Positions 16,814-25,142 of a stretch of 64,000 bases of DNA are shown here, one piece after another. The translations under genes and the position numbers were made by a program. The DNA is from a bacterium (GTDB lineage: Bacteria; Patescibacteriota; Patescibacteriia; SG8-24), in NCBI GenBank assembly GCA_021824285.1, contig JAKAKZ010000003.1:571-64570 (forward strand), given 5' to 3'. The stretch's first letter is position 1. The number at the start of each line of letters is the position of its first letter. The notes below the pieces were generated by a model. It worked only from the letters and a program-made list of their open reading frames with translations, was not told the DNA's origin and searched no databases.

Positions 16814-16878
16814 TAGCTGTTCTCGCAATAGGGCGGGGACTGGCAGACCATTCAAAACTGAGGTCTATGGAGGCCGAA

Positions 16879-17547
16879 ATGCGGACTGGCGCACACTTGC
16901 TTTCCCTGCTGTTCCTGTCGGCCTGCGGCGCATCCGAGGCCATCATCGTGGACGTGTCCGATACGGGCACGCCAGCCGATGCTGGTGCGGCGTCGCCGGC
17001 CCCGTCCCCGTTGCCTGACGCCGGCACGCTGCCGGCCGAGGACGCCGGCCAGGTCGCGCCGCCCGAGTTGCCCGTCTGCCTCTCGGACCCGCTCATCGCC
17101 CTGCCGTCGGGCGGCGTCGGCTTCGCCACCTGGCTCGTCGGCGGTTCCCCGTGCGCTCGCGTGAGCGGGCTGCCGGACACCGGCGACCTGCTGGACGACG
17201 AGCTCTATGATTCCGACCGCGACGGCTACCTCGAGCTGACCCGCGCGATACCTGCCGGCGCGTACGGCATCGATCTGCTGCCGGAGGATTGCCGGACGCA
17301 TCAGGCCGGCGAGGCGAGGCCGTATACGGAACGGACCGTCGAACGGGTGCGCGGCGGGGACCGAGACGTCTTCCGCTGCTGGGCGATACCGCGCATCAAC
17401 TGCGTCGACCATGGCGGCAACATCTACGACTGCTGGGTCGAGCGGATCAACTGGTTCTGCGGCCTGGAAATCGCGGTTGCCGCGGACGGTGCGGTCACGG
17501 GCGGCGGCGGTACTTCTGCCGGACGCATACCGCTCGCATGCCGTTGA
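16879..17547 (+). CDS. Cys-rich secreted lipoprotein, paralog family member 1
   Basis: MRTGAHLLSLLFLSAC lipobox, with a GGAGG RBS 5 nt upstream. The DRDGYLELTRAIPAGAYGIDLLPEDC region is homologous to the lipoproteins at 17869-18480 and 19891-20553. Confidence 0.6.
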   Translation: MRTGAHLLSLLFLSACGASEAIIVDVSDTGTPADAGAASPAPSPLPDAGTLPAEDAGQVAPPELPVCLSDPLIALPSGGVGFATWLVGGSPCARVSGLPDTGDLLDDELYDSDRDGYLELTRAIPAGAYGIDLLPEDCRTHQAGEARPYTERTVERVRGGDRDVFRCWAIPRINCVDHGGNIYDCWVERINWFCGLEIAVAADGAVTGGGGTSAGRIPLACR

Positions 17548-17712
17548 CTCGGCCAGACAACGCTTTAAACCCCTCTTCGGAGGGGTTTTTCTTTTGGGTC
17601 AGACCCCAATTACGATTATTTGCCTAAAATTAGCCAATTCTTTCGCAGTCAGACCCTCTGGGAGCACTAAATTGTTTTTATCCTGGGCCGTCAGCCAGCC
17701 TCCATCGCATTC

Positions 17713-17741
17713 TTGACAATTCGGCCGAAATATGGTGTAAT
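17713..17741 (+). promoter_or_regulatory. sigma70-type promoter TTGACA-N17-TGTAAT
   Basis: tcTTGACAattcggccgaaatatggTGTAATgcc. Confidence 0.55.
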
Positions 17742-17868
17742 GCCATGTCCATTCGAATTCCGAGATCGCTGCGCGGCCGTGGCAAGCCTCCTCCTCATGC
17801 CATGGCCGCCGGCGATCCCGGCATTCGGCCGGAGACTGTCCTTTCACCCATCACTGGAGGTCAACGCA

Positions 17869-18480
17869 ATGCGTCACTTCACGAAGCTGTTCCTGGTCCT
17901 CGCGACCTTCTCGCTCACCGCCTGCGGTCTCGGCGAGGCCGGCCCGCTTCCGTCCGACGACACCCACCCCTCGACTTCGGTCGACGGTGGCACGCCGCCG
18001 AGCGGCAACCCCGGCACGACGACGGGCACCACCACGGCGCCCTTCCGCTCGTCCGCGAAGCTCCTGCTCGAGGTCTCGCCGGCGTTCACCGACGGTTCGG
18101 CCTGCGTGGAGATTGTCGGCAACCTGCCGGGCATCACCTGGCAGACCGGCATCGTCACCTCATCGACCCTGACCGACGGTTTCCTGAGCGCCTCTTGCAG
18201 CATGTCGGCCGGCACGTACGACTTCTCGTATCGTGCGGTCACCTGCACGGGTCACGTTCAGGGGAAGTGGGCCGACTACGGCGACAAGGCGAAGCTGAAC
18301 GGACTCACGTCTGACGCCCGCCGCTGGATCGCCTGCAACTGGTACGACTCGGCGAACCGCCGTTGCGTCTCCGTCAGCAACCCGGGATGCAACCTGCGGG
18401 CCACGGTCGACGGTCAGGGAAACCTGACCCCGGCTGGCAACATGGGATCGTTCGCTTCGAGCGACACCAACTGCCAGTGA
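17869..18480 (+). CDS. Cys-rich secreted lipoprotein, paralog family member 2
   Basis: MRHFTKLFLVLATFSLTAC lipobox, a G/T/P low-complexity linker, then a Cys-rich domain ending NPGCNLRATVDGQGNLTPAGNMGSFAS. Confidence 0.65.
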   Translation: MRHFTKLFLVLATFSLTACGLGEAGPLPSDDTHPSTSVDGGTPPSGNPGTTTGTTTAPFRSSAKLLLEVSPAFTDGSACVEIVGNLPGITWQTGIVTSSTLTDGFLSASCSMSAGTYDFSYRAVTCTGHVQGKWADYGDKAKLNGLTSDARRWIACNWYDSANRRCVSVSNPGCNLRATVDGQGNLTPAGNMGSFASSDTNCQ

Positions 18481-18499
18481 CAGTCCTCCAGTGAAACTT

Positions 18500-18535
18500 C
18501 GCCCTCCGGCTCCGGCCGGAGGGCGTTTCTTTATA
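18500..18535 (+). terminator. rho-independent terminator
   Basis: cgccctccgg-ctccgg-ccggagggcg followed by tttctttat. Confidence 0.7.
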
Positions 18536-18681
18536 TGGCGGCAGAGACACTTTTGTTTTGCGCCGTGGTGCGGTGAAAGGCCGTGTTCAGCTCAAGTAGA
18601 GAGCTGAAACAAGCTCAAATAGCCATATTTAAGGCTAAAAAAATTTGGCTTGATTCAGCGAATAATCAGCCCATCACACCC

Positions 18682-18710
18682 TTGACAATTTCTTCCACCC
18701 GTGCTATAGT
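18682..18710 (+). promoter_or_regulatory. sigma70-type promoter TTGACA-N17-TGcTATAGT with ~165-nt structured leader
   Basis: ccTTGACAatttcttccacccgTGCTATAGTc. The leader contains cgctggaagcgctgg and ccccgaaagggcaagccccattcgggg hairpins before the AAGGAG RBS. Confidence 0.6.
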
Positions 18711-18879
18711 CATTTGTTCATTGAGCATGCGTCCAATCAAGCCTTGAAGACGTCCGAAGCGGAATTCGGCCGACTTCAGCGCTGGAAGCGCTGGATTCGC
18801 AACTTGAAAACTTGGCACGAAACAAGCAGTCCCACCCGCCCCGAAAGGGCAAGCCCCATTCGGGGAAGGAGTCAAAAAG

Positions 18880-19773
18880 ATGAAGACCATCACGCTGATC
18901 GCGGTTTCCCTGTTCGCCACGTCCGCCTTCGCCGGCGGCGGCGGCGACAAGATGCCGCCCGTCACGCTGAACGGCATCAACCTCGACAACCTCCCGCCCG
19001 AGGTCGTCGCCTGCCTCAAGCAGGTCGACATCGGCAAGAAGCGCGTCGAGACCAAGAAGACCGCGGTGGCCAAGCTCCAGAAGAAGGCCGAGACGGCCAA
19101 GGGCCCCGAGAAGACCAAGGCGCAAGCCGAGGTCGTCAAGGAGTCCAAGGAGCTCGAGCGGCTCGAAGGCCAGCTCCGCGACCTCTCGCGGCGTCTGAAC
19201 GACGCCGAGAAGAAGTTCGCCGAGAAGGACGACAGCCGTTATGGGGAGGTCGTCAAGGACCTGCTCAAGCAGCAGGCCAAGACCGAAGAGCTGATCGACG
19301 AGGTGAAGGGTCTCAAGAACGAGATCGCCAGCCTCGATCGCCAGCTGAGCTTCGTGAAGATCGGCCCCCGCATCGGTGCTCTGGCCTGGCGGTCCAACGA
19401 CCGCACGACCTACATCGGCGGCCTGCTTGGAGCGCGGCTCACGCTGCGCGCCGAAAGCGTCGACGTCTTCGTCGAGCCGTTCTCGGCCTTCGGCTCCCAG
19501 AACTGCCCGGTCTCGCTGGGCATCAAGGGCGGCGTCGGCCACGAGTTCGGCAACGGCCTCTCGCTCGAGGGCGGCGTCTTCGGCAGCGCGCATCGCATCA
19601 ACAACATGTTGAAGGCGAAGTCAGCGCTGCTGGCGCTCGACCTGGGCGTGGGCTTCCGGCCCGGCAAGTCCGGTCTGTCCCTGAATCTCTCGCTCCTTCT
19701 CGGAGCCGAGTTCGACCAGGGCACTCCGGCCTTCGCCTTCGGCGGCCAGGCCACGATCGGCTGGGACTTCTAG
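18880..19773 (+). CDS. secreted coiled-coil protein with C-terminal beta-rich (OMP-like) domain
   Basis: Signal peptide MKTITLIAVSLFATSAFA and a K/E-rich coiled-coil in the N-terminal half. A Gly/aromatic-rich C-terminal half ends ...GQATIGWDF with a terminal Phe, as in outer-membrane beta-barrels. The opposite-strand ORF 18718-19593 is an artefact. Confidence 0.6.
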   Translation: MKTITLIAVSLFATSAFAGGGGDKMPPVTLNGINLDNLPPEVVACLKQVDIGKKRVETKKTAVAKLQKKAETAKGPEKTKAQAEVVKESKELERLEGQLRDLSRRLNDAEKKFAEKDDSRYGEVVKDLLKQQAKTEELIDEVKGLKNEIASLDRQLSFVKIGPRIGALAWRSNDRTTYIGGLLGARLTLRAESVDVFVEPFSAFGSQNCPVSLGIKGGVGHEFGNGLSLEGGVFGSAHRINNMLKAKSALLALDLGVGFRPGKSGLSLNLSLLLGAEFDQGTPAFAFGGQATIGWDF

Positions 19774-19890
19774 TCCCGAACCACATAAAGGCGCTCGGGC
19801 CGCGGCTCCATGGTGGAGTCGCGGTCCGGGGCCTGCATCAACTGAAAAAAACTGCAGCTCATGCGGGTTCGCCCGCGAGGAGAAGAGAAG

Positions 19891-20553
19891 ATGAAGAACC
19901 TGATGATGACGTGGTTCGCGGCGATGTTCCTGGCCTTCACCCTCACCGCCTGCGGTCTGCAGGAGCCCACGGACGACAGTCCGGCGGCCAACCTGCAGCC
20001 CGACGGCACCGGCACGGTCCTCGTGACCGACGCCGGCCTGCCCGACGCTGACGCTGGGACTCCCGATGCCGACGCCGGTCAGCCGGTCGCGGACGCGGGC
20101 ACTCCCGCTCCCGCGCTCGACGACGGCCCCTTCCGGTCTCCGGCCGCCTGCGTCTTCGACTTCTCGTCGAAGTACGTGAGCGGCTCGACCTGCGGCGAGG
20201 TTCGCGGCAACGCCACGAACATGAGCTGGACGTCGGGGCCCAAGATCCTCGACGCCGACAGGGACGGGTACATGGGGATGTCCTTCCACATGGACCCCGG
20301 GACGTACGAGCTCTCGTACCTCGGGTTCCAGGACTGTGCGACGTCCACGCCAAACCAGGCGTGGGCCCAGTACGGTGGGGAAGACCAGCTCCGGGCCATG
20401 ACTTCGGCGGGTCGCGCGTTCATCCAGTGCAACTGGTGGGACGCGACGGCCAAGGCGAAGGTCACGGTGGGCAACCCGTCGTGCTCCCTGCGGATCACGG
20501 TGGACGGCAAGTGCAGCGTGACCGCAGCGGGCAACATGGCGAACTTCCAGTAA
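19891..20553 (+). CDS. Cys-rich secreted lipoprotein, paralog family member 3
   Basis: MKNLMMTWFAAMFLAFTLTAC lipobox and a D/A/G/T/P linker. The C-terminal FIQCNWWDATAKAKVTVGNPSCSLRITVDGKCSVTAAGNMANFQ is paralogous to the lipoprotein at 17869-18480. Confidence 0.65.
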   Translation: MKNLMMTWFAAMFLAFTLTACGLQEPTDDSPAANLQPDGTGTVLVTDAGLPDADAGTPDADAGQPVADAGTPAPALDDGPFRSPAACVFDFSSKYVSGSTCGEVRGNATNMSWTSGPKILDADRDGYMGMSFHMDPGTYELSYLGFQDCATSTPNQAWAQYGGEDQLRAMTSAGRAFIQCNWWDATAKAKVTVGNPSCSLRITVDGKCSVTAAGNMANFQ

Positions 20554-20620
20554 GTCCGCCGAGGAGCCCAGTGCCAAGGGACGTCGGTCTCGACCGACGT
20601 CACAAGCAGTTAACCCCTTC

Positions 20621-20656
20621 CGGGCGTCAGCATTCCGCTGACGCCCGCTTTTATTT
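20621..20656 (+). terminator. rho-independent terminator
   Basis: gggcgtcagc-attcc-gctgacgccc followed by gcttttatttc. Confidence 0.7.
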
Positions 20657-20660
20657 CATC

Positions 20661-20705
20661 CAAGGGGACTGTCCCTTTTTGTTCAAAAGGGGACACTCCC
20701 CTGTG
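20661..20705. repeat. REP elements (GGGGACTGTCCC palindromes) of the RAYT-associated family
   Basis: caaggggactgtccctttttgttcaaaaggggacactcccctgtg. The same units flank the transposase at 35809-35880 and 36496-36575. Confidence 0.6.
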
Positions 20706-20755
20706 AATAAACATCAGGGACAGGTTAAGGCGGAAAAGATAGAATAAGGGTAGGT

Positions 20756-22294
20756 ATGAAGCTTCTTGGCGCAATTTGGCGTAGTTTCGGAGTATCCGAG
20801 GCGGAACGGCGGCACTTTCAGCGCGCCCTGTTCGTCATAGCTCTGGTTGTCGGTGCGCTGGTATCGCTCCTATCCCCCTGGCGCGTATTTGCCGCTGTTT
20901 TCGGCGCGGCGGTCATCGGCCTTACCTTTTCGCGTCCGGGGCTCATCCTGATGTTCCTTGCCGCCTACACGCCGTTCGAGCCATTCCTCCTCAAGTTCGT
21001 GGGCGACGACATCTACGTCTACGCGCGCTATTTTTCCGAGGTCCTGATCTACATCCTGCTCGCGTCCGCGATCCTGCGGCATTGGCTGCTGCGGCGCAAA
21101 TGGCACGGCACGCCCATCGACCTGCCTTTGGCCTTCTTCCTGCTCGTGGCCATCGCTTCGCTCGTCATCAACTTCGTACCGCCGACGATCGGCCTTCTGG
21201 GACTGCGGCAGATCATCCGTTTCATCATCCTCTATTATGCCGTGATTCTCCTGGAGCCGGACCGGCCGTACATCCGCCGCTTTACCGTCATGATGTTCGC
21301 CGTGACGCTGTTCGAGGCCGCGCTCGGGGCGTTGCAGGCCCTGACCGGGGGCGCGCTCGACGAGTTCCTGATTCCGAGCGACCGGAGATTCTTCGAGAGC
21401 GTCCAGCTGACCACGGGCACGGACCAGACCTGGTCACCGGGCACGCGCGTCTTCGCCACGCTCGGGCGCTACGACCAGCTCGGCACGTTCTTGAGCTTTT
21501 TCATGACCATGGCGCTCGGTTTCCTCTACGGTCTCAAGGATAAGATCCTGAAGCACCGCCTGTTCTGGTTCATTCTGGCCTGCACGCCGGCACTCGTGCT
21601 CACCCTGTCGCGCGCCTCCTGGTTCGGCTTCCTTTTGGCACTCGCGGCGCTCGGCGGCTGGCTGATGAAGGACCGGCGCGTGCGCTTCGGCTTCGCGGCC
21701 GTAGCCATCGCGGCCGTCAGCTATCTCGGCATCAGCGGACTCGTGGTGCGCTACATGACCGACTATCCGGAGCAGACTTTGGTGGAAAGGTTCTTTGAGG
21801 CTTTCTCCTACGAGCGCTGGCGCGGCGAGTATATCGGGCTCGGCCGGCTCTTCTGGATCGTGCAGACGCCGACGGTCGTGGTGCGCTCTTCGCCGCTTTT
21901 CGGCGTGGGGCCGGGTCAGTACGGCGGGGGAGCGGCGGCAGCGCTCGGCAACACGCGCGTCTACGAGTCCTTGAACCTGCCTTTCGGCGTTTACGGCACC
22001 GAGGGCTACATCGACAACAACTGGTTTTCGCTCTGGGGCGAGACCGGCACGCTGGGTCTGGTGTTCTATTTCTGGATGTTCTTCGCGCTCGGCCAGCTTG
22101 CCATCAATACCTGGCGCCGCTCGCATGATCAGCTGATCCGCGGTCTGGCGCTCGGTTTCTTCGGCTGTCTGCTCGCCGTTTCCTTCCAGGCTTTTCTGGC
22201 CACCTATCTGGAAGTCCGCACGCTAGCGCTGTATTTCTGGTGTTATGCGGCGTTCCTGGCGGTTTTGTCCAGGCAGGAACGGATTTCGACGTGA
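20756..22294 (+). CDS. O-antigen ligase/polymerase family membrane protein (Wzy_C/WaaL-like)
   Basis: ~12 TM helices. TLSRASWFGFLLALAALGG is typical of O-antigen ligase-like proteins. Confidence 0.6.
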   Translation: MKLLGAIWRSFGVSEAERRHFQRALFVIALVVGALVSLLSPWRVFAAVFGAAVIGLTFSRPGLILMFLAAYTPFEPFLLKFVGDDIYVYARYFSEVLIYILLASAILRHWLLRRKWHGTPIDLPLAFFLLVAIASLVINFVPPTIGLLGLRQIIRFIILYYAVILLEPDRPYIRRFTVMMFAVTLFEAALGALQALTGGALDEFLIPSDRRFFESVQLTTGTDQTWSPGTRVFATLGRYDQLGTFLSFFMTMALGFLYGLKDKILKHRLFWFILACTPALVLTLSRASWFGFLLALAALGGWLMKDRRVRFGFAAVAIAAVSYLGISGLVVRYMTDYPEQTLVERFFEAFSYERWRGEYIGLGRLFWIVQTPTVVVRSSPLFGVGPGQYGGGAAAALGNTRVYESLNLPFGVYGTEGYIDNNWFSLWGETGTLGLVFYFWMFFALGQLAINTWRRSHDQLIRGLALGFFGCLLAVSFQAFLATYLEVRTLALYFWCYAAFLAVLSRQERIST

Positions 22295-22384
22295 GTTGCA
22301 GGGCGGATATCAGACATCAGATATCTGATATCAGCACGTCGGTCAACTCGCATCTGATATCCGTTCTCTGATATCTCGATCACC

Positions 22385-23635
22385 ATGCGGATCATCTTCG
22401 CCAACAAATTCTACTACTTGAAGGGCGGCGCGGAGCGCTACATGTTCGATTTGGCGGGCCAGCTGAACCGCTTCGGCCACGAGATCGTGCCGTTCGCCAT
22501 GCGCGATGACCGCAACGTCAAGACCTCCTGGAGCCGCAATTTCGTGAGCGCGGTGCGGACCGAGCGCGTCTCCTTCGGCTGGCAGGGGCTGCGGACCGCC
22601 GGGCGGCTGCTCTACTCCTTCGAGGCACGGCGCCGTTTCCGCCGCTTGCTGCACGAGGCGCGGCCGGATGTCCTGCACGTGCACAACATCTACCACCAGC
22701 TCTCGCCGTCGTTCCTGCCCATCATCCGTGAGCAGGGTCTGCCGACGGTCATGACGGCGCACGACTATTCGCTCATCGCGCCGAACTACTCGCTTTACCA
22801 CGATGGCGCCATCTGCGAGATAACCAAGCCCGACCGCTTCTGGCGCGCCGTCGGCCATCGCTGCGTGAAAGGCTCACGGGCCGCCTCCGCGCTCGAGGCC
22901 CTGGAGTTCTCGCTCCACCGCGCGCTCGGTCTTTACATGAAAAATCTTGATGTCATCATCGCACCCAGCCGGTTCATGCAGGCGACGCTCGTCGAGTACG
23001 GCGTGCCGGAGGATCTCATCGTACATATCCCGCATCCGGTGACGACCGAAGGGCGCATGGTCAGCAGCGGCGGGAAATACGCCCTGTTCGTCGGCCGCCT
23101 GTCGCCGGAGAAGGGCGCGGACGTGCTGCTGCGGGCCGCGGTCAAAGCGCCGAAGGTGCCGGTGAAGATCGTCGGCACCGGGCCGGAGGAAGGGAAGCTT
23201 AAGGCGCTTGCCAAGAAACTGAAGCTCTCTAACGTGGAGTTTCTCGGCTTCCGCCAGGGCGCGGAACTTGAAGCCGCCTATGCCGGTGCTGCCTTCGTCG
23301 TCGTGCCGTCCGTCTGGTACGAGGTCGCTGGGCTGGTGGCTCTTGAGGCATACGCGCACGGCAAACCGGTCATCGCCTCGCAGATCGGCGGCTTGGCCGA
23401 GGCCGTGGAGGACGGGGAGACCGGACTGTGCGTTTCCGCCGGCGATGCCGACGGACTCGCAGAGCGAATGAGGCAATTATGGGCCGAACCGAAAGCAGCA
23501 CAGGAAATGGGCCGCGCCGCCCGCGCCTACGTGGAGCGCGAACACGACCCCGAAACCCACGCCAGCCGCATCCTCTGGGCGTATGAATTGGCTAAGGAGC
23601 GGTCGAAAGCAGTCCGTCAAATCCAGGAACGATAA
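22385..23635 (+). CDS. GT4 family glycosyltransferase
   Basis: MRIIFANKFYYLKGGAERY N-terminus and a C-terminal EX7E region (EAYAHGKPVIASQIGGLAEAVEDGETG). Confidence 0.8.
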   Translation: MRIIFANKFYYLKGGAERYMFDLAGQLNRFGHEIVPFAMRDDRNVKTSWSRNFVSAVRTERVSFGWQGLRTAGRLLYSFEARRRFRRLLHEARPDVLHVHNIYHQLSPSFLPIIREQGLPTVMTAHDYSLIAPNYSLYHDGAICEITKPDRFWRAVGHRCVKGSRAASALEALEFSLHRALGLYMKNLDVIIAPSRFMQATLVEYGVPEDLIVHIPHPVTTEGRMVSSGGKYALFVGRLSPEKGADVLLRAAVKAPKVPVKIVGTGPEEGKLKALAKKLKLSNVEFLGFRQGAELEAAYAGAAFVVVPSVWYEVAGLVALEAYAHGKPVIASQIGGLAEAVEDGETGLCVSAGDADGLAERMRQLWAEPKAAQEMGRAARAYVEREHDPETHASRILWAYELAKERSKAVRQIQER

Positions 23636-23668
23636 CGAAAACCGCGCCTCAAGGGCGCGGTTTTTGCT
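23636..23668. terminator. bidirectional terminator between convergent GT4 genes
   Basis: aaaaccgcgcc-tcaag-ggcgcggttttt. Confidence 0.75.
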
Positions 23669-23671
23669 TGG

Positions 23672-24820
23672 TTAAGCTATTTTTTTGGCCACTCGGACGG
23701 TCGAGAACAATCCGCCATACACCCAATTCACTCCTTTGGCGATCTCGTCCCAGCGGTAGTGGGCGAGGACATGGCGACGGGATTCCGCGCCTTTGGCGCG
23801 GGCCAGCGTCGGCCGGCGCAGGACGAATTCCAGGGAGCGGGCCAGGTCGCGGGCGTTGCCGTTCTTGAACTTCACGCCGCACTCGCCGAGCGCCTCCAGG
23901 TTCTCCGGGATGTCCGAGGCCACCACGCACTTGCCGAAGCTCATGGCTTCGAGCACGGCAATCGGCAAGCCTTCGGATTCGGACGGGTGGGCGATGCAGT
24001 AGGCGTTGGCGAACATCTGGTGCAGGGCCTTGCCCTTCAGGTAGCCGGTGAAGAGGATGTCGGACTGTCCGGCGGCGGCGCGGCGCAGCTCTTTGACGTA
24101 GCCGTCAGTGAAGGCGGAATCGCCCACGATGACCAGCTTCTTGCCGGCCGTGAGGCCGCGGGCCCGCAGGTGCTTCCAGGCCGCGATCAGGTGATGCGCG
24201 CCCTTATGGCGCACGAGACGGGAGACCATGGCTACGTAGCCGCCCTTCTGAAGGTTGAACTTTTTCGTCAGGTCCTGCTTTTGCATCGGCGGCTCTTCCA
24301 CGCCGTTCGGCAGGTAGAGCGCTTCGCTGCCGTAGGTCTCGCGGATATAGCGGCAGAGGGTCTTTGAGACCGCGATGGTGACGTGCGGGAAGCGGCAGGC
24401 GGCGCGCTCGCCGAGCGTGAGCATCAGGCGCGCGAAGCGGCCCCACTTGGCGTGCGTGGCGTCTACGCAATGGAAGGTCACGACCACGCGGCTCTGGGGC
24501 GCGAGGAGGCGCGGGAGCCAGGCGAGGAGCGCCGGGCCGACCCCATGGAAATGGAAGATATCCGTGCCCGCGAAAACCGCGTGCAGGGTGGAGGTGAAGG
24601 TGTGGATGATGGCGTCCAGGTGCTTGGTGCGGATGGTCGGGGTGGCGACAGCCGTAACGCCTGGGGCGTAGCGGCGGTCGGCCGGAGCGTACCAAGTGCG
24701 GGTGTAGACGCGGACATCGTGCCCAGCGCGGCCCAGGCGGACAGCCAAAGCCTCGACGTGCCGTTCAATGCCGCCGAAAGCCGCTGGGATACCCTTTTGT
24801 CCGATCATGGCGATACGCAT
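23672..24820 (-). CDS. GT4 family glycosyltransferase
   Basis: Start at MRIAMIGQKGIPAAFGGIERH (ATG ~24820), downstream of the ORF-track start. C-terminal VLEAMSFGKCVVASDIPENLEALGECG. Confidence 0.8.
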   Translation of the reverse strand: MRIAMIGQKGIPAAFGGIERHVEALAVRLGRAGHDVRVYTRTWYAPADRRYAPGVTAVATPTIRTKHLDAIIHTFTSTLHAVFAGTDIFHFHGVGPALLAWLPRLLAPQSRVVVTFHCVDATHAKWGRFARLMLTLGERAACRFPHVTIAVSKTLCRYIRETYGSEALYLPNGVEEPPMQKQDLTKKFNLQKGGYVAMVSRLVRHKGAHHLIAAWKHLRARGLTAGKKLVIVGDSAFTDGYVKELRRAAAGQSDILFTGYLKGKALHQMFANAYCIAHPSESEGLPIAVLEAMSFGKCVVASDIPENLEALGECGVKFKNGNARDLARSLEFVLRRPTLARAKGAESRRHVLAHYRWDEIAKGVNWVYGGLFSTVRVAKKIA

Positions 24821-24937
24821 ATTTTTTGGCTCAATCAGGCCAATTTGAAGCCTCATTGGACCTAGAAATTTAGCATATTTTGGCGGAAAAGTCAAGGGTC
24901 GGGAGGTTGATGGATAAGTAGAGAAAGAGTGTTCATT

Positions 24938-25042
24938 ATCTGTCATTGCGAGAAGGCCCGCAGGCCGACGAAGCAATCCCGCGCAAATGAGCACGAGATT
25001 GCTTCGTCGCTCCGCCGTGCTTCGCTCCTCGCAATGACAGAT
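24938..25042. other. nested perfect palindromic element (15-bp outer and 12-bp inner stems)
   Basis: atctgtcattgcgag...ctcgcaatgacagat encloses gacgaagcaatc-N18-gattgcttcgtc. It sits between two tandem minus-strand genes. Confidence 0.5.
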
Positions 25043-25068
25043 GGTTATTATGTCGTGGTTAAGACATC

Positions 25069-25099
25069 AAAAAATCGCGCCTTATCAGCGCGATTTTTT
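25069..25099 (-). terminator. terminator of gene 25143-27062 (bidirectional shape)
   Basis: aaaaaatcgcgc-cttatca-gcgcgatttttt. Confidence 0.75.
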
Positions 25100-25142
25100 C
25101 ATTCACTTATAGACCTTTAAACTCTTAAACTTCTATACCCAC

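Noticed and set aside
18718-19593. 291-aa minus-strand ORF overlapping the coiled-coil/OMP-like gene, and the 18714-20051 plus ORF in another frame
   Set aside because: Both are Arg/Pro-rich overlapping frames. The 18880 frame has an RBS, a signal peptide and a C-terminal Phe.
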